DNA of 64,000 nucleotides, taken from an uncultured Spirochaetota bacterium (lineage in GTDB: Bacteria; Spirochaetota; Brevinematia; Brevinematales; JAOACQ01). The notes beneath the pieces are model-generated. The model did not search any database. It was given only the letters and a program-made list of their open reading frames with translations, and had not been told where the DNA came from. The position numbers were made by a program, and so were the translations under genes. Positions 32,364-42,487 of the stretch are shown in pieces; position 1 is the stretch's first letter, and each line of letters begins with the position of its first letter. The stretch covers positions 352,001 to 416,000 of the forward strand of contig CAWAOD010000011.1 of assembly GCA_963783575.1 (NCBI GenBank), in the 5' to 3' direction.

Positions 32364-33153
32364 ATGATTAAGATTCTCTCTTGGAATGTTAACGGAATCA
32401 GGGCATGCCTCAATAAAGGATTAACTGACCGGTTGAAAGAATTATCTCCTGATATTATAGGTCTTCAGGAAATAAAAAGCAGGCCGGAACAGATCGAAAA
32501 AGAATACGAGGAAATTATTCATTCAGCCGGGTATGAAGTTTACTGGAATCCGGCGGATAGGCCGGGATACAGCGGCACGGCTTTATTTACAAAAATCAAA
32601 ACATCATTTACTCAATACAATTTTGAAGATTCAAGGTTTGACGGTGAAGGAAGGGTTATCAATCAAAAATATGAAATTAACGGAAAATCATTCAGGCTGT
32701 TTAACATCTATTTTCCCAACGGGCAGATGAGCGATGAAAGATTGCAGTATAAGCTCGATTTTTATGATGCTTTTCTTGATTATGCAGATAAATTAATATC
32801 AGGCGGCGAGAATATTATTGTAATGGGTGATTTCAATACCGCCCATAGGGAAATCGATCTTAAGAATCCAAAGCAAAATGAAAAATATTCCGGCTTTCTT
32901 CCGGTTGAAAGGGCCTGGATTGACAAATTCGTCAGCCATGGCGATACTGATACATTCCGCGTTCTTCATCCGGGAATCAATTGAGTACAGCTGGTGGACT
33001 TATAGGCTCAACGCACGGGAAAAAAATATCGGGTGGAGAATCGATTATTTTTTTGTCAATGACTCTTTTATGCCTCAAATAAAGGACAGTTTCATCCTGA
33101 AGGATGTTACAGGTTCGGATCATTGCCCTGTCGGAATATTAATTGATTGTTGA
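32364..33153 (+). CDS. xth: Exodeoxyribonuclease III, one apparent frameshift near 32970
   Basis: [30 protein letters not shown] in ORF1; YSWW, GWRIDYF, GSDHCP in the second frame. Confidence 0.9.
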
Positions 33154-33221
33154 CTATTCATTAACGCTTTATTACAATATTTTCCTTGATTCAAATTTAT
33201 AATATTATGAAAGGGTGGTTT

Positions 33222-34323
33222 ATGGGTGCGTTTCTTGAAAAAATCAGTTATTTGAATGACGAGTTTCTTAAAGATTGGGGGTATCTTTAATCTAGATAAT
33301 AAGATATCGGAATTAAATAAATTGAAGGAAAAGCTGAATGATGAAGCTGTGTGGAATGATCACAAGTTAATGAATGATATATCGTCGCAGATTTCCGGAA
33401 TTGAAAAAGAGATCGGTGGATGGTTGCGTTTCAAGCCGAAGATAACCGATATGATGGAAATGGCGGAATTGGCCGAAACAGACAGTGATGAGGGAATGCT
33501 CGCTTCTCTTGAAAATGAGTATCAGGTTCTTATAAAAGAATTTGACCGGCTTGAACTTGTGATGATGTTTAAGGGTGAATTTGATAAGAACAATGCTTTT
33601 CTCAACATTCATCCGGGAGCCGGCGGAACAGAATCTCAGGATTGGGCTGAAATGCTCCTAAGGATGTATCAAAGATGGGTGGAACGGCATGAACTGGAGT
33701 ATGAGATTGTTAATATTGATCCGGGAGAAGTGGCCGGATTGAAGGATGTAACGCTTTTTGTCAAAGGAAAATTCGCATATGGGTATCTTTCCGCAGAAAA
33801 TGGAATTCACCGTCTTGTCAGGCTGTCTCCTTTTAATGCGAATGATAAACGCCAGACATCTTTCTGCTCAGTGAGCGTATCCCCTGAAATTGATGATGAA
33901 ATTGTTATAGAGATTGATCCCAAGCATTTGAAGGTTGATACTTACAGGGCAGGAGGCGCCGGCGGGCAGTATGTTAATAAAACAGAATCGGCGGTACGGA
34001 TCACCCATATGCCGACTGGAATTGTTGTCGCCTGCCAGATTGAGAGATCACAGCTTCAGAACCGAGATATGGCAATGAAAATGCTGAAGTCCAAATTATA
34101 TGAATATGAAAAGAGAAAACAGGATGAAGAGAAGGCAAAAAAACAGCCGGAGAAAAAGTCTATAGGTTGGGGAAGCCAGATTCGCAGTTATGTATTCCAG
34201 CCGTATACGATGGTTAAAGACCACAGGACTGAAATAGAAAATAAAAATGTCCAGGCTGTAATGGACGGCGACATCGATGAGTTTATTATCGGGTTTTTAA
34301 AAATGTATAAATCCGGTTCATGA
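33222..34323 (+). CDS. prfB: Peptide chain release factor 2, with programmed +1 frameshift after codon 22
   Basis: ATG at 33222 gives MGAFLEKISYLNDEFLKDWGYL*, then the +1 frame NLDNKISEL...; SPF and GGQ motifs, WGSQIRSYV. Confidence 0.95.
33276..33291 (+). promoter_or_regulatory. prfB +1 frameshift cassette, variant TGG GGG TAT CTT TAA T
   Basis: G-rich internal SD-like sequence, TAT spacer, slippery CTT-T and in-frame stop at 33288-33290. Confidence 0.9.
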
Positions 34324-34989
34324 CTTTTTTGCAAATTTTGTTGCGCTGGCAATGTCGTTCTTTAAATCATTTATTAAATTCATATTTCTAAGCACAGCAG
34401 CCGGGTGGTATGTCGGCATTATTTTATATCCCAGCGGCGATTCCTTGATCGTACCTCTTAATTTTGAAATTCCCTCGTCGGTATTAAGCATGAATTTTGT
34501 GGAAAAATTACCCAGAGTTATTATCAGTTTAGGTTGAATTAATGCAAGCTGTTTAATAAGATGCGGTGTACATGCGGCGATTTCATCGGGAAGGGGATTC
34601 CTGTTTTCAGGAGGACGGTGTTTTAAAATGTTGCAGATGTATACTCCGTTTCTCGGCAGTCCGTTCTCTTCAATTGTCGAAGTAAGAAGTTTTCCGGCCC
34701 TTCCCACAAAGGGTTTACCCTGTTCATCCTCGTCCGCGCCAGGAGCCTCACCGATAAATACTATTTCCGAATCAATGCTTCCATCTGAAAAAACAAGATT
34801 TTTAGCTGTTTTGTAAAGAATACATTTTTGACAATTTAGGCAAGTAATTTCAAGTTCTTTCAATGCATTGCATTTCTCTGAACTTAGATTATTATCATTC
34901 TCAACTTTTTCAACAGGATGAACCCATTCTTCTTTCAAATATGAATTTATACTCATCAGGATTTCATTTCGATTCATCTTTTCCCTCAT
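34318..34989 (-). CDS. Uracil-DNA glycosylase, family 4
   Basis: CxxC.L, FIGEAPGADED.QG.PFVGRAG, RPPENR.P, TYHPAA. Confidence 0.92.
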   Translation of the reverse strand: MREKMNRNEILMSINSYLKEEWVHPVEKVENDNNLSSEKCNALKELEITCLNCQKCILYKTAKNLVFSDGSIDSEIVFIGEAPGADEDEQGKPFVGRAGKLLTSTIEENGLPRNGVYICNILKHRPPENRNPLPDEIAACTPHLIKQLALIQPKLIITLGNFSTKFMLNTDEGISKLRGTIKESPLGYKIMPTYHPAAVLRNMNLINDLKNDIASATKFAKKS

Positions 34990-35593
34990 TTTTTATTTTT
35001 TTCAGTATGTTTAAAATCCCATTCAAAGCCATTCGCCTATGGGATAATTTATTCTTTTCTTCATCAGTAATTTCTGCCATTGTTTTTTCGCAGCCAAATT
35101 CCTTAATCAAAAATATAGGGTCGTAACCAAAACCATTGTTACCTTTCGGAACAGTATCAATAATCCCTTCGCAAAATCCTTCCGCTTTATGTACAGATCT
35201 ATCCGGGGTTAATAAAACCATAGAACATACAAATCTGGCAGTCCTTTTTTCAAATGGTGTGTTCTTCAATTCAAAAAGGACTTTTTCGATGAGTTTTTCC
35301 TGGGTAGAATTTTCTCCGGCATATCTCGCTGAAAAAATTCCCGGCCGTCCTTCAAGAGCATCGATCTCAAGACCGGAATCGTCTGATAAAATATAAATGT
35401 CAGGCATTGTATTATGATAATGATCATAAATACTTACTGCTTTAATCAACGCATTTTCATAAAAGCTGTTCCCGTTTTCTATTATATTATCATCAAACTT
35501 AATATCTAATAAAGAAAGAACGGAATAGCCGGATAGAATTTGTTTTATTTCCTTGATTTTTCCGTTATTTTTTGTCGCAGCAATAATCCGCAT
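34964..35593 (-). CDS. rdgB: Non-canonical purine NTP pyrophosphatase (RdgB/HAM1)
   Basis: ATKN.GK, ENA..KA, DDSGL, PGIFSARY, GFGYDPIF, KNKLSHR; start at 35593 after an AGGAG RBS. Confidence 0.93.
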   Translation of the reverse strand: MRIIAATKNNGKIKEIKQILSGYSVLSLLDIKFDDNIIENGNSFYENALIKAVSIYDHYHNTMPDIYILSDDSGLEIDALEGRPGIFSARYAGENSTQEKLIEKVLFELKNTPFEKRTARFVCSMVLLTPDRSVHKAEGFCEGIIDTVPKGNNGFGYDPIFLIKEFGCEKTMAEITDEEKNKLSHRRMALNGILNILKKIKNEGKDESK

Positions 35594-35608
35594 ATACACT
35601 CCTATCGA

Positions 35609-35648
35609 TTTGCCCAGTAAAAATTCTAGGGAATTTTTACTGGGCAAA
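35609..35648. repeat. Perfect 18-bp inverted repeat with 4-nt loop just upstream of the rdgB RBS
   Basis: TTTGCCCAGTAAAAATTC-tagg-GAATTTTTACTGGGCAAA. Confidence 0.9.
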
Positions 35649-35682
35649 ATTATATTCTTTTTTTTTATAATAATCAAAATAT

Positions 35683-35823
35683 TTAGTCGATCAGTCAGTT
35701 AGTCGATTAGTTAGCTAGTCTTCGGATAGTCAGTAGAATTTATTAACCGGATAACTAACCGATAGACCACCCCGTCGATTTTCGTCTATTGGACTGACCG
35801 ACTAATAGACTAACCGACTAATA
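35683..35823. repeat. Two inverted blocks of degenerate 8-bp tandem repeats
   Basis: Left: TTAGTCGA TCAGTCAG TTAGTCGA TTAGTTAG CTAGTC. Right: GACTGACC GACTAATA GACTAACC GACTAATA. Confidence 0.8.
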
Positions 35824-35934
35824 TATACTTGCAAAGTTTTACTTTTTTAGTTAATTTTTATAATATATATTGCCGATAAGCAATATGGTTTATTATGTTC
35901 AATATATATCTTTCAGCAGAATTAAGGGGAATTT

Positions 35935-37230
35935 ATGGCTAAGGTTATGCCTTTTTCAGCAGTGCATTACAACCAGAATATATTTTCAAATACTAATGAT
36001 TTATTATCATCGCCTTCTTTAGAAATTAATACGGATCAGTATAAGTTATTAAAAAAAAATATAAACAATTTCAGTAATTTAATTTATGTTGATGATGAAA
36101 ACACCGTAAAAAACAAATTCATAGCAAATGTTTTTCTGGGTTGGCTTTTAAGGGATATACTAATAGTTGATAAGAAACCTTCCTATTATATTCTTGAAGA
36201 GGAAGTATTCATTAACGGCAATAAAAGAAAAAGACTAAGTATTATAGGATTGATAAAAATTGATGATGACAGTCAGAGCATAAAGCCATTGGAGAAACCG
36301 GTTGATTTGAATGTTGAAGAGTACTACACGTTTCTCAAGGAAGTTAGAAATAATTTTGAACCGGCATTATGTTTCTATAAAGATGAAAAATTTACTCTGA
36401 TAAACAGAATTACACAGTTTTTAAGTAATGATTTTCTTTTATTGGATTTACCAAATCAGAAAGGAAATTATAAATTATATAGAATCGAAGATAATAATAT
36501 GATTAAAGAAATAGCATCATATTTTGTTGACAAAAGAATTTATGTTGCTGACAGCGACTATTATTATGCCGGTTTAAAATTTTCAAATGAAATGAAAGCT
36601 CAGCCGGTAAAAAAATTAACAGGTAAGGAACCTTATAATTTTATGATGGCAAATCTATTTAATATTTATGATGAAAACTTAGCATTTCAACCTTTAAACA
36701 GATTAATAAGAAAGGAAAAAACGGATTATATTAATATGCTCAAACAAATGGAATCCGCTTATAAAATAGGTGCCATAACATTTTCAGACAGCAAGATGGA
36801 AATGATGGCCAGAAAAAAAATTAGAATGGTCTTGAATGAAAATGGCGCAAATAATATAATTTCATTTGGTATATTTGTAAAATCAATTCCAAACCGCTAT
36901 TTTATAATAAACCTAAAAGAATCTATGGGTAAAGGAGATATTGGAGCTGAAATCCTTGATTCCGGTATAATAAATAAATATCTAAACATTCAGGAAGATC
37001 AATATTATAAATACATCTTTTATGATAAAAATGATGATAGAACTTTTTATTCGATAAAATCAGGGAAATACGATATGGCATTTATACTTCCAACATTTGA
37101 CAAAAAAATTCTGGTGGAAAGGCTAGACGGCATTACGGTCTTTCCATCAAAATCAATCGGTATTTCACCGTCAATTTTAAGGGGTTCAACTATATTCTCG
37201 TTTAAGTATTCGACTATTTTTACTATTTAA
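35935..37230 (+). CDS. DUF1015-like protein, divergent
   Basis: MAKVMPFSAVHYN start, IYVAD motif and overall size match DUF1015, but the usual PPYD, HE and ADGHHR motifs are altered. Confidence 0.6.
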   Translation: MAKVMPFSAVHYNQNIFSNTNDLLSSPSLEINTDQYKLLKKNINNFSNLIYVDDENTVKNKFIANVFLGWLLRDILIVDKKPSYYILEEEVFINGNKRKRLSIIGLIKIDDDSQSIKPLEKPVDLNVEEYYTFLKEVRNNFEPALCFYKDEKFTLINRITQFLSNDFLLLDLPNQKGNYKLYRIEDNNMIKEIASYFVDKRIYVADSDYYYAGLKFSNEMKAQPVKKLTGKEPYNFMMANLFNIYDENLAFQPLNRLIRKEKTDYINMLKQMESAYKIGAITFSDSKMEMMARKKIRMVLNENGANNIISFGIFVKSIPNRYFIINLKESMGKGDIGAEILDSGIINKYLNIQEDQYYKYIFYDKNDDRTFYSIKSGKYDMAFILPTFDKKILVERLDGITVFPSKSIGISPSILRGSTIFSFKYSTIFTI

Positions 37231-37250
37231 AATTAACCAAGGAGGAGAAT

Positions 37251-38036
37251 GTGAAAAAAATTGTAGTCATATTCATAGCAGTCATCTTTATGATGATCGG
37301 GGGCTGTCAGAAAAAAACAAATGTTGAAAAAAAGGTATCTCAAACCAATGATATTATTACCGACTTAATCAAAGAAGATTTATTGTCAAATAGTACAAAT
37401 ACCAATAATGCAACTAATACAAATATAAATCTTACTGAAAAAATCCCTTCTACAAACCTGGCTGCGAAAATATCAGTACCGAAGCAGGAAGTTTCCAAGA
37501 AAATTCCTGTTGAACCTGAGGTTGGAGTAGTTAATGGGAAGAAAGTCATTGAAAAAGAAGAAAAGAAAATCAAGGACGAAGGAATAAAAATACCCTCTAA
37601 AATTAAGCCAAAAACAAAGAATACTGCAGTAGCAAAAAAAGAGACTATTCAGGGCGGCAGTTATATCAAGATAGGAAATGATTCTTCATCCCAATCGGTT
37701 TCTCCGAGAAAGATGATCAGAATTACAACAGCCGTTTTCACTGATAATAAAAACGCGCAATATGTCGATTTTATTATTTATGCTGTTCCGAAAGGAAAGG
37801 AATTGAATCTTAATGAAGATAATTTAATTTCTATGGTAAAATCGATAGAAGTCATTAACGGGCAGGCCCAGCTAACAAAGTCATGGAACGGCAGAAATCT
37901 GGATGACGGATTTATGGAACCTGGGAATTACAACATCTATCTTGTTTATATGATAAAGGATGAAAATATGAATACTATTAAAAAAGAAAGCCGTTTTTGG
38001 GGCGGGGATAATAAATTTTATATAAGGTTATATTAA
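37251..38036 (+). CDS. Lipoprotein with low-complexity linker and C-terminal FlgD/Ig-like domain
   Basis: Lipobox IGGC; WNGRNLDD...PGNY motif. Confidence 0.6.
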   Translation: MKKIVVIFIAVIFMMIGGCQKKTNVEKKVSQTNDIITDLIKEDLLSNSTNTNNATNTNINLTEKIPSTNLAAKISVPKQEVSKKIPVEPEVGVVNGKKVIEKEEKKIKDEGIKIPSKIKPKTKNTAVAKKETIQGGSYIKIGNDSSSQSVSPRKMIRITTAVFTDNKNAQYVDFIIYAVPKGKELNLNEDNLISMVKSIEVINGQAQLTKSWNGRNLDDGFMEPGNYNIYLVYMIKDENMNTIKKESRFWGGDNKFYIRLY

Positions 38037-38107
38037 AATTTAACTTATAAACCTTTACATAAATATTTTTGTATATTAAAATAAATATAAATTTTAGGGT
38101 ATTTTTA

Positions 38108-38464
38108 ATGTTTCTGACTGTTTTGAAATCAAAGATACATAGAGCTGTAGTAACAGAAACAGATATAGATTATGTTGGCAGTATTACCATAGATGAATCT
38201 CTTATGAAAGCTACCGGCATTGTTTCTTTTGAACAGGTTCATGTCTGGAATATTACTAACGGATCAAGAATTATCACTTATGCAATACCCGCAGAAAGAG
38301 ACAGTGGTATTATATGCTTGAATGGGGCAGCCGCTCATTTTAACAGGGTTGGGGATAGAGTGATAATCGCCTCTTTTGCATTAATGGAAGAAAAAGAGGC
38401 TTCGGAATATAAGCCTAAAATAGTGTTGGTTAACAGTAATAATAATATAGATAGGATTTTATAA
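38108..38464 (+). CDS. panD: Aspartate 1-decarboxylase
   Basis: LKSKIHRA.VT, Y.GSITID cleavage site, NG.R..TY, LNGAAA; start moved to ATG 38108. Confidence 0.96.
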   Translation: MFLTVLKSKIHRAVVTETDIDYVGSITIDESLMKATGIVSFEQVHVWNITNGSRIITYAIPAERDSGIICLNGAAAHFNRVGDRVIIASFALMEEKEASEYKPKIVLVNSNNNIDRIL

Positions 38465-38486
38465 AATACAATCTAAGGAGAGATTT

Positions 38487-39296
38487 ATGAAATACAAAGG
38501 AATTGTATCGTTTTTCAGTAATTTTCTATTTGCCGCTATAATTATTTTTTCTTCGGTAAAAGCATTTCCTTATGGATTTTCAGCTAATGAAAGAGAAACT
38601 ATGAACTTGCAAACATTTATCGTTTCTGATTTCGGTGACGAAAAAGACCAATCTAACAACATTATATGGAAATCAAGGTTTTCCAAATTTGCAAAACCTT
38701 CAGATAACAATAAAGAGATAAATAGCTGGGATACGAATGCCTGCAATGCAATGTATATAGAGGCTAAACCCCTGGGGTTGCCGCAGGAGGTTGATTCCAA
38801 ACAAAAATGGTCTCTTGGGATTAAAAGTGAATTTGTCACAAAAGGTTATAACTGGATTGAAGTATATCCTGTAAAGGCTACCGGTAATATCCTGGATGCT
38901 AATGGAAAACCGAATAATTCACTTGACGGGACTAACACATCCTTAAATCTTCTAGGCGTTGTAAAGAGTCTTGATATGTGGGTTTGGGGCGGTAATTATA
39001 ATTACTGGATTGAATTTTATCTGTTGGATTATAAAGGATTCTTGCACAGACTGACCGCGGGTGACATTAATTATGTGGGATGGAAAAATTTAAGAACAAA
39101 AGTTCCCGATTATATTCCTCAAGCAGAGCGTCATGTCCCTTTCCTTAAATCACTGAAACTCGATATGATTAAATTGTGGTCATATCCAATGGAAAGGGTT
39201 GATCAATTTTATTGTTATTTTGATTATTTACAGGTACAGACGGATGTTTATCTGGAAAGATTTAATGGCGACGATTTATCCAAAATAAGTTGGTAA
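38487..39296 (+). CDS. flaA: Flagellar filament outer-layer (sheath) protein FlaA
   Basis: Signal peptide; SLGIK..F..KGYNWIE, GVVKSLDMWVWGGNYNY, GWKNL...VP.YIPQ, YFD. Confidence 0.85.
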   Translation: MKYKGIVSFFSNFLFAAIIIFSSVKAFPYGFSANERETMNLQTFIVSDFGDEKDQSNNIIWKSRFSKFAKPSDNNKEINSWDTNACNAMYIEAKPLGLPQEVDSKQKWSLGIKSEFVTKGYNWIEVYPVKATGNILDANGKPNNSLDGTNTSLNLLGVVKSLDMWVWGGNYNYWIEFYLLDYKGFLHRLTAGDINYVGWKNLRTKVPDYIPQAERHVPFLKSLKLDMIKLWSYPMERVDQFYCYFDYLQVQTDVYLERFNGDDLSKISW

Positions 39297-39316
39297 AATA
39301 TTTTGAGGAGTGTTAT

Positions 39317-40039
39317 ATGAAATACAGAGTTTTGTTTTTTTTAATGGTATTTGTATTTATATGGGTTTGCGCATATAGTCAACAGGTCGGGAAATCCGAT
39401 GCACAGAAATCCGGTCAACTGGAAATAATTAACACAAATGCGCAGGAAACTGCTGATAAAACTGTGGCAAATGAACTTGTTCAAACTGTTCTGGTGGAGG
39501 ATTTTGAGACTGCGGGTGAATGGAGCGCTTTTATTCCCCGTGATTATGGCATTGCTATGGCAATGAGAAGAGAAGGATCACCCAAAGACCTTGCATCAGA
39601 CAAAAATAAGTATGTATTGGGTATTAAGGTTGATTTTATGAAAAGGGACTGGAGCTGGGTTTCTATTGTACCCGCAAAGCCGATTAAAATCAAGGGAATT
39701 ACGAAAACTTTATCTATTTGGGTTGTGGGCCGTAACTATAAACATACCCTGTCAGTAGTGCTGAAAGATTATCTTGACAGAGAGAAATATGTTAAATCCG
39801 AAAGACTAATATGGGTTGGCTGGAAACAGGTTAATATTAATATACCGGATACAATCGAACAGGAGAATTATAAGATTACTGAAGACAGAGGATTAACCTT
39901 CCTCGGTTTCAGAATTGATTTTGACCCGGATGATATGCTGGGCAGGCCGTTTTATACATATTTTGATTATTTTACTGCCGATACGGATCTTTTCAGTGAA
40001 AGCAAACAAAATCCGGATGATATGATGGATAACTGGTAA
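39317..40039 (+). CDS. flaA: Second FlaA paralog
   Basis: VEDFE, KYVLGIKVDF, GITKTLSIWVVGRNY.H.L, GWKQ...IP..I.Q, YFD; ATG 39317 follows GAGGAG. Confidence 0.85.
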   Translation: MKYRVLFFLMVFVFIWVCAYSQQVGKSDAQKSGQLEIINTNAQETADKTVANELVQTVLVEDFETAGEWSAFIPRDYGIAMAMRREGSPKDLASDKNKYVLGIKVDFMKRDWSWVSIVPAKPIKIKGITKTLSIWVVGRNYKHTLSVVLKDYLDREKYVKSERLIWVGWKQVNINIPDTIEQENYKITEDRGLTFLGFRIDFDPDDMLGRPFYTYFDYFTADTDLFSESKQNPDDMMDNW

Positions 40040-40061
40040 TAAATTTCTTTTTTTAACATTC

Positions 40062-40093
40062 AAAAAGGCTGTGGAATTTTCCTCAGCCTTTTT
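40062..40093 (+). terminator. Intrinsic terminator after flaA-flaA (probably bidirectional)
   Basis: AAAAAGGCTG...CAGCCTTTTT stem with A and T tails. Confidence 0.75.
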
Positions 40094-40115
40094 GTGTATA
40101 AGGATTGGAGGAATA

Positions 40116-41171
40116 ATGAAAAAACATTCTGCAATTAAGTTTTTTCTTTTATTCCTCATTTTGTTTTCTTGTTCAAAACCCGGTATAATTACGAAAGAAA
40201 ATAATTATTATAATACCGTTACTAATTCAGACATAGCTGCGAAATATAATAAATTAGCTAATAATTATCCGGTTGGTATAAAACAGATAGCGGAATTAAC
40301 AGGGCATAGTAAGTATGTGTATTATGTTGAGTTTTCAAAAAACCAGAAGTATTTAGCATCGGGGAGCGCCGACAGGACTATTAGGATATGGGACTGTAAA
40401 AGCTGGAGCAATATAAAGACTATTCAAGAAGGATATCAGGAATTATGGGGTATTCCTCTTGATTTTTCTTATGATAACAAATATCTGGCCATTGGTTCCT
40501 TTGATACTTTAAAAATAATATCGCTTGATAATGATTTTAAGGAAATAAACAGTAAGTTTGCACATAAGAAAGGCATCCAATCAATAATTGTTTCCAGAGA
40601 TAATAAGTTTATAATAACAGCCGGTGCGGATGGAGAATTAAAGATATGGACTATTCCTGATTTGGAGAGGTACAATTCAGTAAAAGGGCATACGGGTGAG
40701 GTATGGAGTATCAGCATTTCTCCTGATAATAAAATCATCATAAGCGGAGGTGAGGACGATTATTTAAGATTATGGAAGTTTCCTTCTCTGGAATTGATAA
40801 AATCAATAAAATACCATAAATTACCGATTGAATATGTAGAATTTTCAAATAATGGGAAATTTTTTCTCCAGGCATGTTCTGACTCAACAATTTCAGTATG
40901 GAGAACAGGTGATTATAATTCTCCTTATAGAATATTGAAAGGGCATACAGGTAGTGTTCTGGTTGCCGTCTTTTCAAAAGATGACAGATATATAATTTCC
41001 GGCGGTGATGATTCTACAATTTATGTTTTTGATATCAGAAAAGGAGAAATTGTAGATCAGAGAAAAGATCATAACGGAGATGTAATGTCGCTTGATATCA
41101 GCACTGACGGCAAATTTCTTGCATCCGGCTCGAAGGACAGGACAATTAAAATCTGGTCGATTTCTTATTAA
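40116..41171 (+). CDS. WD40-repeat beta-propeller lipoprotein
   Basis: Lipobox LFSC; about seven GH...SGS.D.TI.IW repeats; ATG 40116 after GGAGG. Confidence 0.88.
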   Translation: MKKHSAIKFFLLFLILFSCSKPGIITKENNYYNTVTNSDIAAKYNKLANNYPVGIKQIAELTGHSKYVYYVEFSKNQKYLASGSADRTIRIWDCKSWSNIKTIQEGYQELWGIPLDFSYDNKYLAIGSFDTLKIISLDNDFKEINSKFAHKKGIQSIIVSRDNKFIITAGADGELKIWTIPDLERYNSVKGHTGEVWSISISPDNKIIISGGEDDYLRLWKFPSLELIKSIKYHKLPIEYVEFSNNGKFFLQACSDSTISVWRTGDYNSPYRILKGHTGSVLVAVFSKDDRYIISGGDDSTIYVFDIRKGEIVDQRKDHNGDVMSLDISTDGKFLASGSKDRTIKIWSISY

Positions 41172-41210
41172 ATTATTTCTTTAGAGTTTTAATAAAAGAT
41201 AGGAGGTAAT

Positions 41211-42449
41211 GTGGAAAAAGAAATTCTTCAAAAAAACGAAATAGTCTCTCTTCTAAATAATATACGATTAAAACATTTGAATGTTCAAATAAAAGAAAAA
41301 TCAAAAAAAATCAGTTTAAGAGGATTCATAACAAAGGCCGACACTAATTCTTTTACAATATTTTATGATGAAATTCCTGATATAGTTTCTATAAAAAATC
41401 TAAAGGTCTGTTTTGATTATAATAGAAATTTTTTTACTTCCGATGAAATATCAATAAGACTTTTAAATATACAGCTTAAAAGTTTGGAATTATTGATTCC
41501 CGAAAAATTTTATTTCCATCCTATCAGAAAATATACAAGGATTGATGTTCGGATACAATCCAGGTTAATATTAAAAAAGTAGAAACCACAAATACCGATC
41601 AATCTTCTAATATCAATATCAACGAACTGCCTGTTACATTAAGGAATATTTACATTGAATTGGAAGTCAAAACCCGGATATGAAAAAAATTATAGGCATG
41701 ATTGGCGATGAGTTGGGCCGGTATTCAAACCGTTTTAAGATTAATCTATTCAAAGAAGTAAATAATCTTTCACCTATAGAGAAGGTTGTTAATAATTATA
41801 GAAAGACATTCTGGATTGGTGATACGGATAATTTGAACAATTATATACATCTGGGAGATAAATACAGCATAATCGGATATGAAAAATATTTTGAATTGAT
41901 TAAAAAAATATGAGCCCGGATATTCTCGGGCAAATTCGGCAGAATTATTTATCCAGGGGTATTAATTCATACGCTATGGTACCGATAATTGTAGGCGAAA
42001 GAGCTGTAGGTGTTATAGAAGTATCAGTTCCGGAAGACGCAAAATTTAAAAAGCTTACAATTTATGAAATATTTTATATTAAAGGTCTGGCAGATATTCT
42101 GGGGGAGGTTGTTGTTAAGTCGCAGGGCGTTATGCCGGATTCAAACGCGAATTTAAAGCTTGTCGATATCTCAATAGGAGGCATTCAAGCTCATACAAAA
42201 AATGTTTATTTAACACATTCGGTTAAAGAAAACTCTATATTGATTCTAAGTCTTTTATTGGATAATAAGGAAATTGTAATTCGATCCAGGCTTGTCAGGT
42301 ATAATTATATTCCCGGAGATAATGCGGGACTTAATATTGCATTTGAGTTTATAATAAATGATGATTCCGAAAGAAATGAAATTGAAAATTTTGTAAAAAA
42401 ATATATAAAAATGTCTTCAGAAAGTAAAGATAAGACCGTTGATAAGTGA
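41211..42449 (+). pseudogene. DUF1577/PilZ-type c-di-GMP receptor-like protein, broken into three ORFs (probable sequencing indels)
   Basis: RKYTR (RxxxR) in fragment 1, GAF-like SYAMVPII...VGVI in fragment 3, DISIGG PilZ motif. Confidence 0.65.
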
Positions 42450-42487
42450 AATTTTACGGCTTAATAAAAGTGTTTAATTTGATTTTA

